From: a virus
Reading direction: 5' to 3' (one strand)
Virus record (IMG/VR): IMGVR_UViG_3300037340_000026
Coordinates: 6,220-70,219 of that record
DNA: 64,000 nt
Shown here in pieces: positions 18,991-28,508 of the stretch. Made by a program: the position numbers and the translations under genes. Positions within the stretch are counted from its first letter, which is position 1. Each line of letters begins with the position of its first letter. The notes below the pieces were generated by a model, which saw nothing but the letters and a program-made list of their open reading frames with translations, was not told the DNA's origin and did no database searches.

Positions 18991-20388
18991 TCAACTCTCG
19001 AAAATCGGCGCGTAGGCGTGGGGGTTCTTGAAATATAGGCTCATGTCCTTGTTTCTCCAAGTTGAAGTCATTGCCGCGTGGCAATCCTTGCTCGCTGCGC
19101 CATCGTAGGAATCTGGCTGCACGCGAAGAAAATAATCCTTGATTGAGCCATCAGGTTCAGGCGTCGAATTCTTGACGTGAATCATCACGATATCGGAATC
19201 GTTGGGACGCGCCTTACGATAGAGCTTCGCTCCCTGCAATCCCTTCACGTAATAACTATCTGGCAGTTCGTGCACCAAATCGGCCCCGCTCTCGCGCACA
19301 TATTTCGCGGTGCCAAAGCGCTCGATCATTACTCGACGGACTTCGGCGTTGTCCTCAGTCTCGATATGCTTGAGCGTGATCCAGTCTGGGCGAACGACGA
19401 CAAAGGCCGGAACCAACACGCCGTGCCAGAAATACACGTTCTCTACATCTGATTCCAACGCCGCGTAACGATCATTGTGCAAGCGCCTGCCGTTAGGAAT
19501 CTTTTCGACATGCACCGTCGGCTTTGCTACCCAAAACAACGTGTCATCGGTCCAGTGCAGCGTCCAGCAGCCTGACAGGTAGGCATCCAATACAGGCTGC
19601 GTCCACTTCAGAACATCGGGCTTTTTTTTCTGCAACGCGCCGAAATGCGTTGTAGCAAGAAAAGCCATATCGAATCGCCACCACCACCAGCCATTAGCTT
19701 GGATACACCAAGCCGCAAAGCGGTGAATTGAACTGAGGGCGTCGCGGGCGGCGAGGGCGTCGAGGGCGTCGAGGGCGTCGCGGGCAGCGAGGGCGTCGCG
19801 GGCGGCGAGGGCGTCGAGGGCGTCGCGGGCGTCGCGGGCAGCGAGGGCGTCGCGGGCGTCGAGGGCAGCGAGGGCGTCGAGGGCAGCGAGGGCGTCGCGG
19901 GCGTCGAGGGCGTCGCGGGCAGCGAGGGCGTCGCGGGCGTCGCGGGCGTCGAGGGCGTCGCGGGCGTCGCGGGCAGCGAGGGCGTCGCGGGCGTCGAGGG
20001 CAGCGAGGGCGTCGAGGGCAGCGAGGGCGTCGCGGGCGTCGCGGGCGTCGAGGGCGTCGCGGGCGTCGCGGGCGTCGAGGGCGTCGCGGGCGTCGCGGGC
20101 GTCGAGGGCGTCGCGGGCGTCGCGGGCGTCGCGGGCGTCGAGGGCGTCGAGGGCGTCGCGGGCGGCGAGGGCGCTAGGATTTCGCTTCGCGAAATCATCG
20201 AGCACCCTATCGACATAGCGCCTAAGCGACGGGTAGTCATCCAGAGACCATCCCTGCCGCAACCGCACTATCTGGCGGGTTACTCCCAAAGCCTTACAAT
20301 AGGCCGTCAGCGCGCGTTCAACGGCACTCTCATCCAGAATGCCCGGAAAGTCGCATGCGCTGACATACCGCTCCATTTCAGTTGCCAT
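18991..20388 (-). CDS. DUF6745-like protein with internal ARD/ALD/ALA repeat
   Basis: RLHN...YFWHGVLVP...IETEDNAEVRRVMIER.G...VKNSTPEPDGS.KDYFLRV.P. Confidence 0.7.
   Translation of the reverse strand: MATEMERYVSACDFPGILDESAVERALTAYCKALGVTRQIVRLRQGWSLDDYPSLRRYVDRVLDDFAKRNPSALAARDALDALDARDARDARDALDARDARDALDARDARDALDARDARDALAALDALAALDARDALAARDARDALDARDARDALAARDALDARDALAALDALAALDARDALAARDARDALDALAARDALAARDALDALDALAARDALSSIHRFAAWCIQANGWWWWRFDMAFLATTHFGALQKKKPDVLKWTQPVLDAYLSGCWTLHWTDDTLFWVAKPTVHVEKIPNGRRLHNDRYAALESDVENVYFWHGVLVPAFVVVRPDWITLKHIETEDNAEVRRVMIERFGTAKYVRESGADLVHELPDSYYVKGLQGAKLYRKARPNDSDIVMIHVKNSTPEPDGSIKDYFLRVQPDSYDGAASKDCHAAMTSTWRNKDMSLYFKNPHAYAPIFES
19735..20172. repeat. 9-bp tandem repeat array
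   Basis: Units GCCCGCGAC / GCCCTCGAC / GCCCTCGCY on the minus strand, roughly 48 units. Confidence 0.95.
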
Positions 20389-20391
20389 CGC

Positions 20392-20718
20392 TTAGTCCTC
20401 CACTTTCCTGGGCTCGTTGGCGTCTGTCCACTCAACCTGCGCCGGCAGATCGTAGATGCCCGGCTCAACGGTCGGCGGCGAGTGCTCCTCGTGTAAAAGC
20501 GCAGCTGGCACATTCACGATGAGCTGCCTGATGACAGAGCCGGTAAGAGCCTGGGCTTCTGAGGCGCGCTCGAAGCGGTGGCGATGCCCGGTAACCTCGC
20601 CGTGTGCTAGCACCACTGAGCCATCGCTGGCGATGGGTTCAGCCTCGCCTGCGGCAACCTTCGCCGCCACCAGCAAAACATCGCCCTGGCGCACTTGACC
20701 CTTGTTCAATTTCGACAT
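20392..20718 (-). CDS. conserved partner of DUF6745-like genes (His-rich, cupin-like)
   Basis: RQGDVLL...LAHGEVTGHRH...LLHEEH...QVEW; AGGAG SD. Confidence 0.65.
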   Translation of the reverse strand: MSKLNKGQVRQGDVLLVAAKVAAGEAEPIASDGSVVLAHGEVTGHRHRFERASEAQALTGSVIRQLIVNVPAALLHEEHSPPTVEPGIYDLPAQVEWTDANEPRKVED

Positions 20719-21319
20719 TTCAATCTCCTGTTAAAACCTATGCTTCCTGATCCAATTCTAATCGCTCATCGCCGCGTCTTTCATCTCTCACCAAACGTCT
20801 GCCGCGGTATCAGCGTAAGCCCGCGCGCCTGCGGCGCAAAGCGGTCGTCCGCAAACGCATTGAACACCACCGCACGCGTTGCACTGTGTCCGCGCCGCGC
20901 CTCGAGCCTCGCCTCGATCTGGCCGTTGATCAGGCCGTGCAGAATCTTGAACTGACGGTACTGCAAGCGGCAGAGCTGCTCGATTAGAGCCTCGAGGCGA
21001 GCGGTGTCTTCGGCGTGGGTCACGGCTTATTGCATCCGCTCCGCTGACTCGGCACCCGGTGCCGGCACATGCGTGATCGCCAGCAGCTTGGCCTTGGCGT
21101 CCTTGAGTTTGTCGATAGCCTCGGCGAACACCTGCGTCTTCTCCGCGATCTCGGCATCGAGCAGGTTGATTTCCTCGGCCACCGCTTCGCTGCCGATCCT
21201 TGGCGAAAACTCCACATTCACCGCTTCGCTAACGCGGACTACGCAGGACATGTACGGCTCCATGCTCACGTCCCTAACGACTGTGGTGTCACAGCCTACG
21301 ATTTTGTAGAGGGCGATTC

Positions 21320-21766
21320 TCATGAGGTGGACTCCTGTGGGTGTGGCTGCGCCGTAATTTTGTGCATGACTTTTTTGAACGGTCGGCGGCGCGGAAGCGT
21401 GACCGTCACCTCGAATTCTTCCTGAATGTCAGGCGAGCCCCAAACCCGTATGCAAGGCTCGCCGTTCCAGACGTCCTCGAATAGCGTGATCCGTTTCCCG
21501 ATCCAGTTGGCGATTTCCTTGCCGAACATTTCCTTTAAACACCAGCCATTAGTCTTACATGCAACGAGTTTTTTCTCTGTCTGCTTGAAAGAGATTATGG
21601 CCTTTATTTTCTTCGCGCCGTCGTCGCCCTGGAGCTCTTCGATATCGACATCGCTAATCGCTAGCGTGACCTTTTTGCCGAGCAGTTCGGCGGCGCGGAT
21701 GAATCGGCCGGGGTACAGTTCGTCGTATACGCTCGGCTTTTTGAGTTTTCGCGGCTCGTCGTTCAT
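21320..21766 (-). CDS. putative ssDNA-binding/recombination partner protein
   Basis: YPGRFIRAAEL...LVACKTN...WIGKRITL...CIRV; coupled to the RecE-like gene. Confidence 0.45.
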   Translation of the reverse strand: MNDEPRKLKKPSVYDELYPGRFIRAAELLGKKVTLAISDVDIEELQGDDGAKKIKAIISFKQTEKKLVACKTNGWCLKEMFGKEIANWIGKRITLFEDVWNGEPCIRVWGSPDIQEEFEVTVTLPRRRPFKKVMHKITAQPHPQESTS

Positions 21767-22647
21767 GAATTCCCCCTTTCTGCGCCAATGAGTCCTAACT
21801 CTTCGATATCGTCATCGCCGCCGGTATATGCCCATGTCGGAAGCGTCAAATCTTCTTCCTGCGGAACAGGACCGGGCCAATAATTTTCGGCCTCACACCT
21901 CGCGAGCAACTCGAGCAATCGCAGGTATTCCTCGCGCCCTTGCGCCAGCACATCGTCAGTAATGCGGTAGACGGCAACGGCATGTGGGGGTGCCGATTCC
22001 ACGACTATCTCAACGAGAGTCGGCCGCACACTAGAGATCGCCTCATACCCGTCGTGATAGAACGCGAATTGCAGATGATAGCCAAGCTTCGCACATTGCG
22101 CACCGAATACAAATGGCCGGCAGTCGCGTGCCGTCTTCAGCCCGACGATGTATGGCTTGCCGTCAATACGCGTAAGCCAATCGGAGCGACCCTTGCACTG
22201 TCGGCCCATCGTCTCCCACAACAACGTGACCTCTGGGTCGCCGCTCGCTAAATACTTCATGGCAAGCGCATCGTTACGGACTGCCCCCGCAATCTGCTGA
22301 CACAAGCCGGCCTCTTTTGGAGTCAGGATTGTTCTGTCTGCATACGATGCGCGAAATGCGTCCCAATGCTGACCGCGTCGCGGAGCCATGGCGCCAGCAT
22401 CGGTAATGCGCTCCCAAATTGCGAACTCATTTGCGAATCGATCCGGTTCAAGCACAGCGATGTGGGCAGCTATGCCCAAGGTGAGAGCGCCGGACTTCTT
22501 CGGATGCTCAAGCGAGTACTGATAATGCTGCGGCGAGCGGCGCAGCTCCTTCAGCCGAGTGATGCTCACGCTCTTGATGGGATCGTACTCGGCGCGAGGA
22601 ATCCGCGATTCGACGCCGACGCGGATGGGTTCGGCTGCGGTATTCAT
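21763..22647 (-). CDS. PD-(D/E)XK RecE/exonuclease VIII-like protein (DUF3799-like)
   Basis: SITRLK, GIAAH.AVLEP, PEVT, KGRSDW, GLKT, YHLQFAFY, VES.PPH, WPG. Confidence 0.75.
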   Translation of the reverse strand: MNTAAEPIRVGVESRIPRAEYDPIKSVSITRLKELRRSPQHYQYSLEHPKKSGALTLGIAAHIAVLEPDRFANEFAIWERITDAGAMAPRRGQHWDAFRASYADRTILTPKEAGLCQQIAGAVRNDALAMKYLASGDPEVTLLWETMGRQCKGRSDWLTRIDGKPYIVGLKTARDCRPFVFGAQCAKLGYHLQFAFYHDGYEAISSVRPTLVEIVVESAPPHAVAVYRITDDVLAQGREEYLRLLELLARCEAENYWPGPVPQEEDLTLPTWAYTGGDDDIEELGLIGAERGNS

Positions 22648-23263
22648 GCCGTCCTCGCCGGCGGCCGCCGCTGCATCCCGTCAGCGCACGCCGCCGTCGC
22701 CGCATGTTCGGTGCGGCAGTACACGCATATCTGCGGCCGATCGACTTGCGCCTGCGCGTAACCCTCAAGCCATGCGGCATCCCAGCTGGTGACGGGATAG
22801 CGGCCGTAGTGGGCGACGAAGGCTGAGAAGGGAAGGCTCATGGAAATATCCGGTCGCGGACTGACTGAAGCATCTTTTGTGTTATCGCCTCAGCCATCAT
22901 GCGCTCGCCGTTCCAACTGACTTTGATGTAGCTACTTCCCGTAGCCATTGTGGCGAACACCGCATTATCGATCATCGCGTTCAAGTCCTCGATCATCTTT
23001 AGCATGGCGGCATCTGGCTCTTTGAATGGGAGTTCGTTTACGGTCATGGCCCCTCCACGGTTTGTGCGGATGCCAGCTTTTCAGGCTCAAGATCAAGCTG
23101 CATCAGCCGGCCATTCGCACGCCAAAGAGTTCGCTCGTAACGCGCATGGGCTTCATGTTCACGCTGAAGCTGGCGCGCCAGTACCCGCAGATCGTCGTCA
23201 GGATCGGCATTTGGTTCGTCCAGCAGCTTGTCAGCCAGCTTAAGGGCATCATCTAGTTCGCTT

Positions 23264-23473
23264 TCATTTGCCATCGTTGACTCCTGCGCTGGGAGTCAAG
23301 CTCATGTCCGATTCGACGCCTGGGGCTACTTGCACGCCAAAGCCATCATCCCAAAGCCGATATACACCGTATTCGCATGCTATGACGAGAAAGTCTCCAC
23401 GGTATGAGGCCACACCCACGATCTTTCCAGCGCGTGCTGGGATCAGATCGCTATAGTCCTCAATGCAGATCAC
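23264..23473 (-). CDS. small protein, paralogue of 27847-28044
   Basis: GKIVGVASYRGDFLV.ACE.G..R.WDDG shared; GGAGAG SD. Confidence 0.55.
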   Translation of the reverse strand: MICIEDYSDLIPARAGKIVGVASYRGDFLVIACEYGVYRLWDDGFGVQVAPGVESDMSLTPSAGVNDGK

Positions 23474-23796
23474 TTCGCTCTCTCCCGAGGCGCGGAGTCC
23501 GGTGCCATTACAACCTGCGGAATCGGCAGCAGATTCCACAACTTACGCAGTTCCTTGTGCTGTTTTTCAGCCATGACGAGCGCGTGGTAAGCCAGATAGG
23601 TGTACTTGTCCTCGCCAGAGAATCCATGAATCTCGGCGGTAATCATTGCGTTGCGAATGAGCGCGCTATCTTGCTGGCCCTTCAGAATGGCTTCGCGCAT
23701 CCGGTTGAGATTCGGGCAACCGTTGATGGTCTCAATTAACGATTCAGCGAATGCTAGTTCCGGCAGCCCTACTCGAATTTCATCATCCCAAGTCAT
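23470..23796 (-). CDS. hypothetical protein
   Basis: GGAGG SD; coupled genes. Confidence 0.5.
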   Translation of the reverse strand: MTWDDEIRVGLPELAFAESLIETINGCPNLNRMREAILKGQQDSALIRNAMITAEIHGFSGEDKYTYLAYHALVMAEKQHKELRKLWNLLPIPQVVMAPDSAPRERAK

Positions 23797-24194
23797 GACT
23801 GTCCTCCGTCTCTAGGAGACAACGCTGCACCCGCAGGCGCCCTAAGCGCAAGCCCAAGTTTCTTGCGCCAATGAAATACCTGATGGCGGTTGAATCCGTT
23901 TCGGCGGCAGAAATCTGACCAGCGGCCAAGGTAATCGGGGAACTTGGACTCATCGATGATCAGTTGCGCGATGTCTTTGGTGTTAGTCATGGGTTTACCT
24001 CTGTCTGGGGACTGACCGCAAATGCCGATACTTCGCCTCATGCGCCGGATCTTCAGGCGTCGGTGGTGGGCGTGAGGCCATGAATTCATCGAACTGGCGG
24101 TTACGGTCTTCGTAGAAATCCAGTTCCGCTTTGATCGACAACACGACCATTGCGACAATGCCCACCACGATCCCGATGATGGCGATAATGTGGA

Positions 24195-25096
24195 TCACGG
24201 CATCCCCAACGCGATCAGCGACTGATTAAGCGCGCCACCGTCGCCGGTATCGGCCACACCGCCGCCCAGCAGTTCTGCCGGCGTCACGTCAGAATCCAGC
24301 GCGAGAAACCCCGTCCATGTCTGCCCCTGCTCGCCAGGGCCGGACGGACAGTTAGTCCACCGCACGACGAAACTGTAGAGGTTGAACTGCGCATTGATGA
24401 TCGAAATCTGACCCGTAACGGTGCATCCGGCATAGGTAGAAACCACATTGCTTACGGAAACTGCGCCCCCTGAATCGATGCTCCAAATACTGGAGTCCGA
24501 CATCTCCCATTGGCCGGCTAGGCCCGCGAGGCTCGAGGGGTGTAGGTAGAGGCTGTCGAAGGCCCAATTGATCGTGGACTGCGCGCCGATACTGTCGATG
24601 ATCGTGAGTGTGAGGGAGCGCCCTGGAACGATTGTTCCCTGGAACTCATCGGCGGTATCGATGGGCGCCGAGCAGTCATTATTGCTCTGCTGCCCTGTAC
24701 CGTTGAGGGCGTTTCCATTGGCGGTGAGTTTGCCAGTGAATCCGACGTCGGTGGTCCCGCAGGCGGCGACGAAGGCTTCGTAATAGAAGTCGAGCGGCCC
24801 AGACCACTGCGCCTCCTCAGTGGCAGGACTGGTGAATAAGAGATCGCTGCCCGTCGACGTCCAAATGCCGCCGGTGCCGGTGGCTGGGATGGGGGCAACG
24901 GGGGGCTTAGGAGCCGGCGCAGGCGCTACAGGGGGCGCTGGGGGAGGCGCGGGGGTCGGGGTTGGGGCACGCGTAGGGGTGGGAGCCGGCGCAGGCGCAG
25001 CGGCCGCTGTGGGGTCCGCAGGGGCCGACCCACTGCCCCCTCCGCCGCATCCGGCGAGGAGGAGGGCGAGTATAGCGGCGATTGAGAGACGCGCGT

Positions 25097-25100
<4 letters not shown>
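24195..25100 (-). CDS. lipoprotein with Pro/Ala linker and beta-rich domains
   Basis: MNARLSIAAILALLLAG-CGGGG lipobox; PAPAPTP linker; two Cys pairs. Confidence 0.7.
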
Positions 25101-25779
<679 letters not shown>

Positions 25780-25807
<28 letters not shown>

Positions 25808-26076
25808 GCAGCGATAGCTTCAGACGTGCACACCGACACGCTGGTGATATCGCGCAACTCGATATCTGCCGATGGCCCGATGCGAGCGCCGCTCACTGGC
25901 CCGTTTGCAGCGAGCCCGATAAAGCCTTTCTGTGTTGCGGGCCAGTACAAGCAGTTACGTGCAGCCCGCAGATGGATAATTGCACCGACTGTGTCGGTGG
26001 CATATCCGAAAAACACGCCTCGGTGACTGGTCGTTACTACCACTGCGCGTTCGCCACTAGATTTTTTAGTCGCCAT
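25780..26076 (-). CDS. DUF6948-like protein
   Basis: VVVTTSHRGVFFGY...LRAARNCLYW...GLAANGP; AAGGAG SD. Confidence 0.7.
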
Positions 26077-26090
26077 ATCGGTCTCCTTTG

Positions 26091-26405
26091 TCACTCCGTC
26101 TTCTCGCTCGCCGCACTGCCAAACGTCAGCGTTGCCGTGGGCTTCGGATTGGCGCCTGCGGTCTGTTGCCCCTTCGTCACATCGACTACCGGATGATCTA
26201 GTCGCCCGGATGTCATCATGTCTTCGTAACTGGCGGCGCGGAGCGTGACTAAGGCATTGATAGCGTCGGCCTCGGACTTTGCGACGACGATGACTGGCGT
26301 CTCGGCGCCGTATAGCTTGGCGAGATAATGCTTGGCGACGGCAGTGCGCGGCTTGCGGGCTTTCTTCTCGGTCGTCAATGCGGTGGACTGGGAACGGATG
26401 GCCAT
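26091..26405 (-). CDS. first gene of leftward operon, hypothetical
   Basis: GGAG SD; just downstream of the leftward promoter. Confidence 0.55.
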   Translation of the reverse strand: MAIRSQSTALTTEKKARKPRTAVAKHYLAKLYGAETPVIVVAKSEADAINALVTLRAASYEDMMTSGRLDHPVVDVTKGQQTAGANPKPTATLTFGSAASEKTE

Positions 26406-26443
26406 TGGTGTCTCCGGTGCGTGTAGGGTGAAACTGTTTGCGG

Positions 26444-26472
26444 ACGCTACACGAAGCATTGCGATATGTCAA
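26444..26472 (-). promoter_or_regulatory. leftward sigma70-type promoter
   Basis: TTGACA-17 nt-TAGCGT on the minus strand. Confidence 0.7.
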
Positions 26473-26487
26473 CACTTGATGTATGGT
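26459..26487 (+). promoter_or_regulatory. rightward sigma70-type promoter overlapping the leftward one; probably gives a leaderless mRNA
   Basis: TTGCGA-17 nt-TATGGT; ATG at 26494 is 7 nt after the -10 box with no SD. Confidence 0.55.
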
Positions 26488-26493
26488 CGGCTC

Positions 26494-26676
26494 ATGAACA
26501 TCGTCACAGAACGCGCACGTGCCGCCGTCAAAAAGCATGGGGGGCTGCGTAAAGCAGCGCGGGCGCTGGGTGTGAATTACAGCACTTTGTCATTGTTGCA
26601 GAACGGCAAGAGACCGAGCGCGAGTGAGCGAACGTTGCAGGCGTTGGGTCTGACGCGAAAGATACGGGATGCGTGA
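26494..26676 (+). CDS. Cro-like HTH transcriptional regulator
   Basis: GGLRKAARALGVNYSTLSLLQNGKRP helix-turn-helix. Confidence 0.75.
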   Translation: MNIVTERARAAVKKHGGLRKAARALGVNYSTLSLLQNGKRPSASERTLQALGLTRKIRDA

Positions 26677-26678
26677 GC

Positions 26679-26755
26679 GCCGCGGTAGCTCAGTGGTAGA
26701 GCAGTTGACTCGTAATCTCCTGGTCGCTGAGTTCGATTCTCAGCCCGTGGCACCA
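26679..26755 (+). tRNA. tRNA-Thr(CGT), atypical
   Basis: Acceptor GCCGCGG/CCGTGGC, D arm GCTC/GAGC, loop CTCGTAA, TTCGATT T loop, encoded CCA; two anticodon-stem mismatches and a 6-bp T stem. Confidence 0.75.
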
Positions 26756-26773
26756 ATATGAAAGGACCCTAAG

Positions 26774-27139
26774 ATGGCCAAGTTATTTGAGATCTCCCCA
26801 GAGCAGCGGGCATGGCTTGATAGCCGGCCGCCAGTCATCAAGGCAATGACCGACCGATGGCCGCCGAATCTGCTCTATCGCCTCAAGACGACCGATCAGC
26901 GCGTAACGCTGTATTCGTACTCCGAGGGCGGCACAGTTACCGTGGACGTGACGGGAGACTTCAACCTGCACATTATGGACGTGCAAGTATTTGGCATCGA
27001 CCCGAATGACCTTGAAGAATGCGATCTTCCAGGCGGCGAGCCGCTAGGCACAATGCTCGTAGAGGATAAGGACGTGGAAGACTACATCGATAAGATCCGC
27101 CCGCTGATACTGGCACAAAGAAAACGAGGAACGCACTAA
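26774..27139 (+). CDS. hypothetical protein
   Basis: AAAGGA SD; clean ORF. Confidence 0.6.
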   Translation: MAKLFEISPEQRAWLDSRPPVIKAMTDRWPPNLLYRLKTTDQRVTLYSYSEGGTVTVDVTGDFNLHIMDVQVFGIDPNDLEECDLPGGEPLGTMLVEDKDVEDYIDKIRPLILAQRKRGTH

Positions 27140-27568
27140 CATGACCGACTGGCTCGAGGTTCAGGTCTTCGATGAAGAAGAGATCAACGCCGTGCGTAGC
27201 GGAGAGCTTGACGGGACGGTGTACAAAGATGCCGTCTATGCCGACGTTCAAGCGCTTGCGAAGTGGCGGGAGAGGGCGGCGATGGGGCGGATGAAGAATG
27301 AATGACATTACTCAACGTCTGAAGTCCGAGGCACGCCGCTGCTTCACTGGCGATTGCGGTGTCTGCGCTAGTTGCAATGCGGTCAAGGAAATCACTACGC
27401 TGAGGAAGCACATTGTGGAAGCAATCGAGTTACTGATCGAGGCTCGACAGTGGAAACGGAAAGGCTATCCGGTTATGCGTGATCGAGTCGATCACTTCAT
27501 CAGGAATGTTCCGTATCCTCCGTGTGATCGGTCGCTTCGGAAACAATGTTTGCCACAGGGAGAAAAGC

Positions 27569-27850
27569 ATGCATGACGGGATGGTTAGATGCCGTAACTG
27601 CATCGGCGGTCGATGGGAAACCGAGTGCTGCAACGGTTCAGGGGGCTGCGACTGCCGGGGCCAGCCTATTGACATGGGCCCGTGCAATGTCTGCGGTGGA
27701 ACCGGCTGGCATGGTCCTGATGCGAATACGCGGGCCAATCTGCGGCAGATCGAGGGACAGTGCTTCATCGGCAACGGGCCCAGCTCTGGTGAATGGGCTG
27801 ATATCGGCACGCGCGGCCACTACCCACTCCACGGAGGAGAGAAACCGTGA
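27569..27850 (+). CDS. Cys-rich zinc-finger-like protein
   Basis: CRNC, CCNGSGGCDC, CNVCGGTG; GGAG SD. Confidence 0.5.
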   Translation: MHDGMVRCRNCIGGRWETECCNGSGGCDCRGQPIDMGPCNVCGGTGWHGPDANTRANLRQIEGQCFIGNGPSSGEWADIGTRGHYPLHGGEKP

Positions 27851-28044
27851 TTTGTACTGAGGATCTGAGCGACATCCTACCGCTGCACATTTGCGGGAAG
27901 ATCGTCGGCGTTGCCTCGTATCGCGGCGACTTTCTAGTCGTTGCATGCGAACGCGGCCTTTTCAGGGTATGGGATGACGGGCTCGGATTTGGTCCGCGCG
28001 CAGCAGCGGATAACGAATCTGAGCGCGGCAACCTTCCCGCCTAG
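27847..28044 (+). CDS. small protein, paralogue of 23264-23473
   Basis: Shared GKIVGVASYRGDFLV motif; GGAGGAG SD. Confidence 0.55.
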   Translation: MICTEDLSDILPLHICGKIVGVASYRGDFLVVACERGLFRVWDDGLGFGPRAAADNESERGNLPA

Positions 28045-28310
28045 GAGAAAAGCCTTGAATACGCAGACTGCCGATAGAGCTTGGAAGATCATTCAAGATC
28101 ATGCCGATCTTGCCCGCGCTCGCAAGGTTTTATCGGTGCATGAATTCCGCCAGATCGTCGGCATCATTGGCACTGCGATGGAAATGCAGTCTTGCGACAA
28201 ATGCGGCGCCGAGTGGACGGCAAATGAGAAGGTTGCTTGCCCGGTATGTCCATCTGATCCGGGTTGCAGACCGGGATGGCTCTATGAGCACAATTGAGTA
28301 ACGCCTGAAT

Positions 28311-28508
28311 GTGATTTTTACGTGGCAAGATAGGACGCTGTGTCTTTCAGACTGGGCGCGCTATTTGGAAATACACGTGCAAACGTTATTGGGTCGCATC
28401 CGGCGTGGATGGCCGATGGAGAAAGTGCTTTCTGTCACACCAGTCATTGGCCGCAATCAGCACGGTGACCCATGCTCCAGCCGTACGATCATCAACAATC
28501 CAACATAG
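28311..28508 (+). CDS. stand-alone DNA-binding module resembling an HNH endonuclease C-terminus (possible remnant)
   Basis: TWQDRTLCLSDWAR...RIRRGW resembles FNGETLVLADWAK...RYRKGW of 35373-36077. Confidence 0.45.
   Translation: MIFTWQDRTLCLSDWARYLEIHVQTLLGRIRRGWPMEKVLSVTPVIGRNQHGDPCSSRTIINNPT

Noticed and set aside
19735-20172. Possible CRISPR array or DGR in the repeat tracts (also 25446-25750)
   Set aside because: Short in-frame coding microsatellites with no unique spacers; no cas or reverse transcriptase gene and no TR/VR pair seen
19608-20240. Alternative-frame ORFs in the repeats (PATPST at 19608-20240; RS- and AV-repeat ORFs at 25348-26026)
   Set aside because: Stop-free by construction of the repeat; the chosen frames have globular flanking domains and fit the operon
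26679-26755. Idea that tRNA(CGU) is a dedicated initiator for the ACG start at 1264
   Set aside because: It has a paired G1-C72 and lacks the three G-C anticodon-stem pairs of initiator tRNAs; the codon match is probably coincidental
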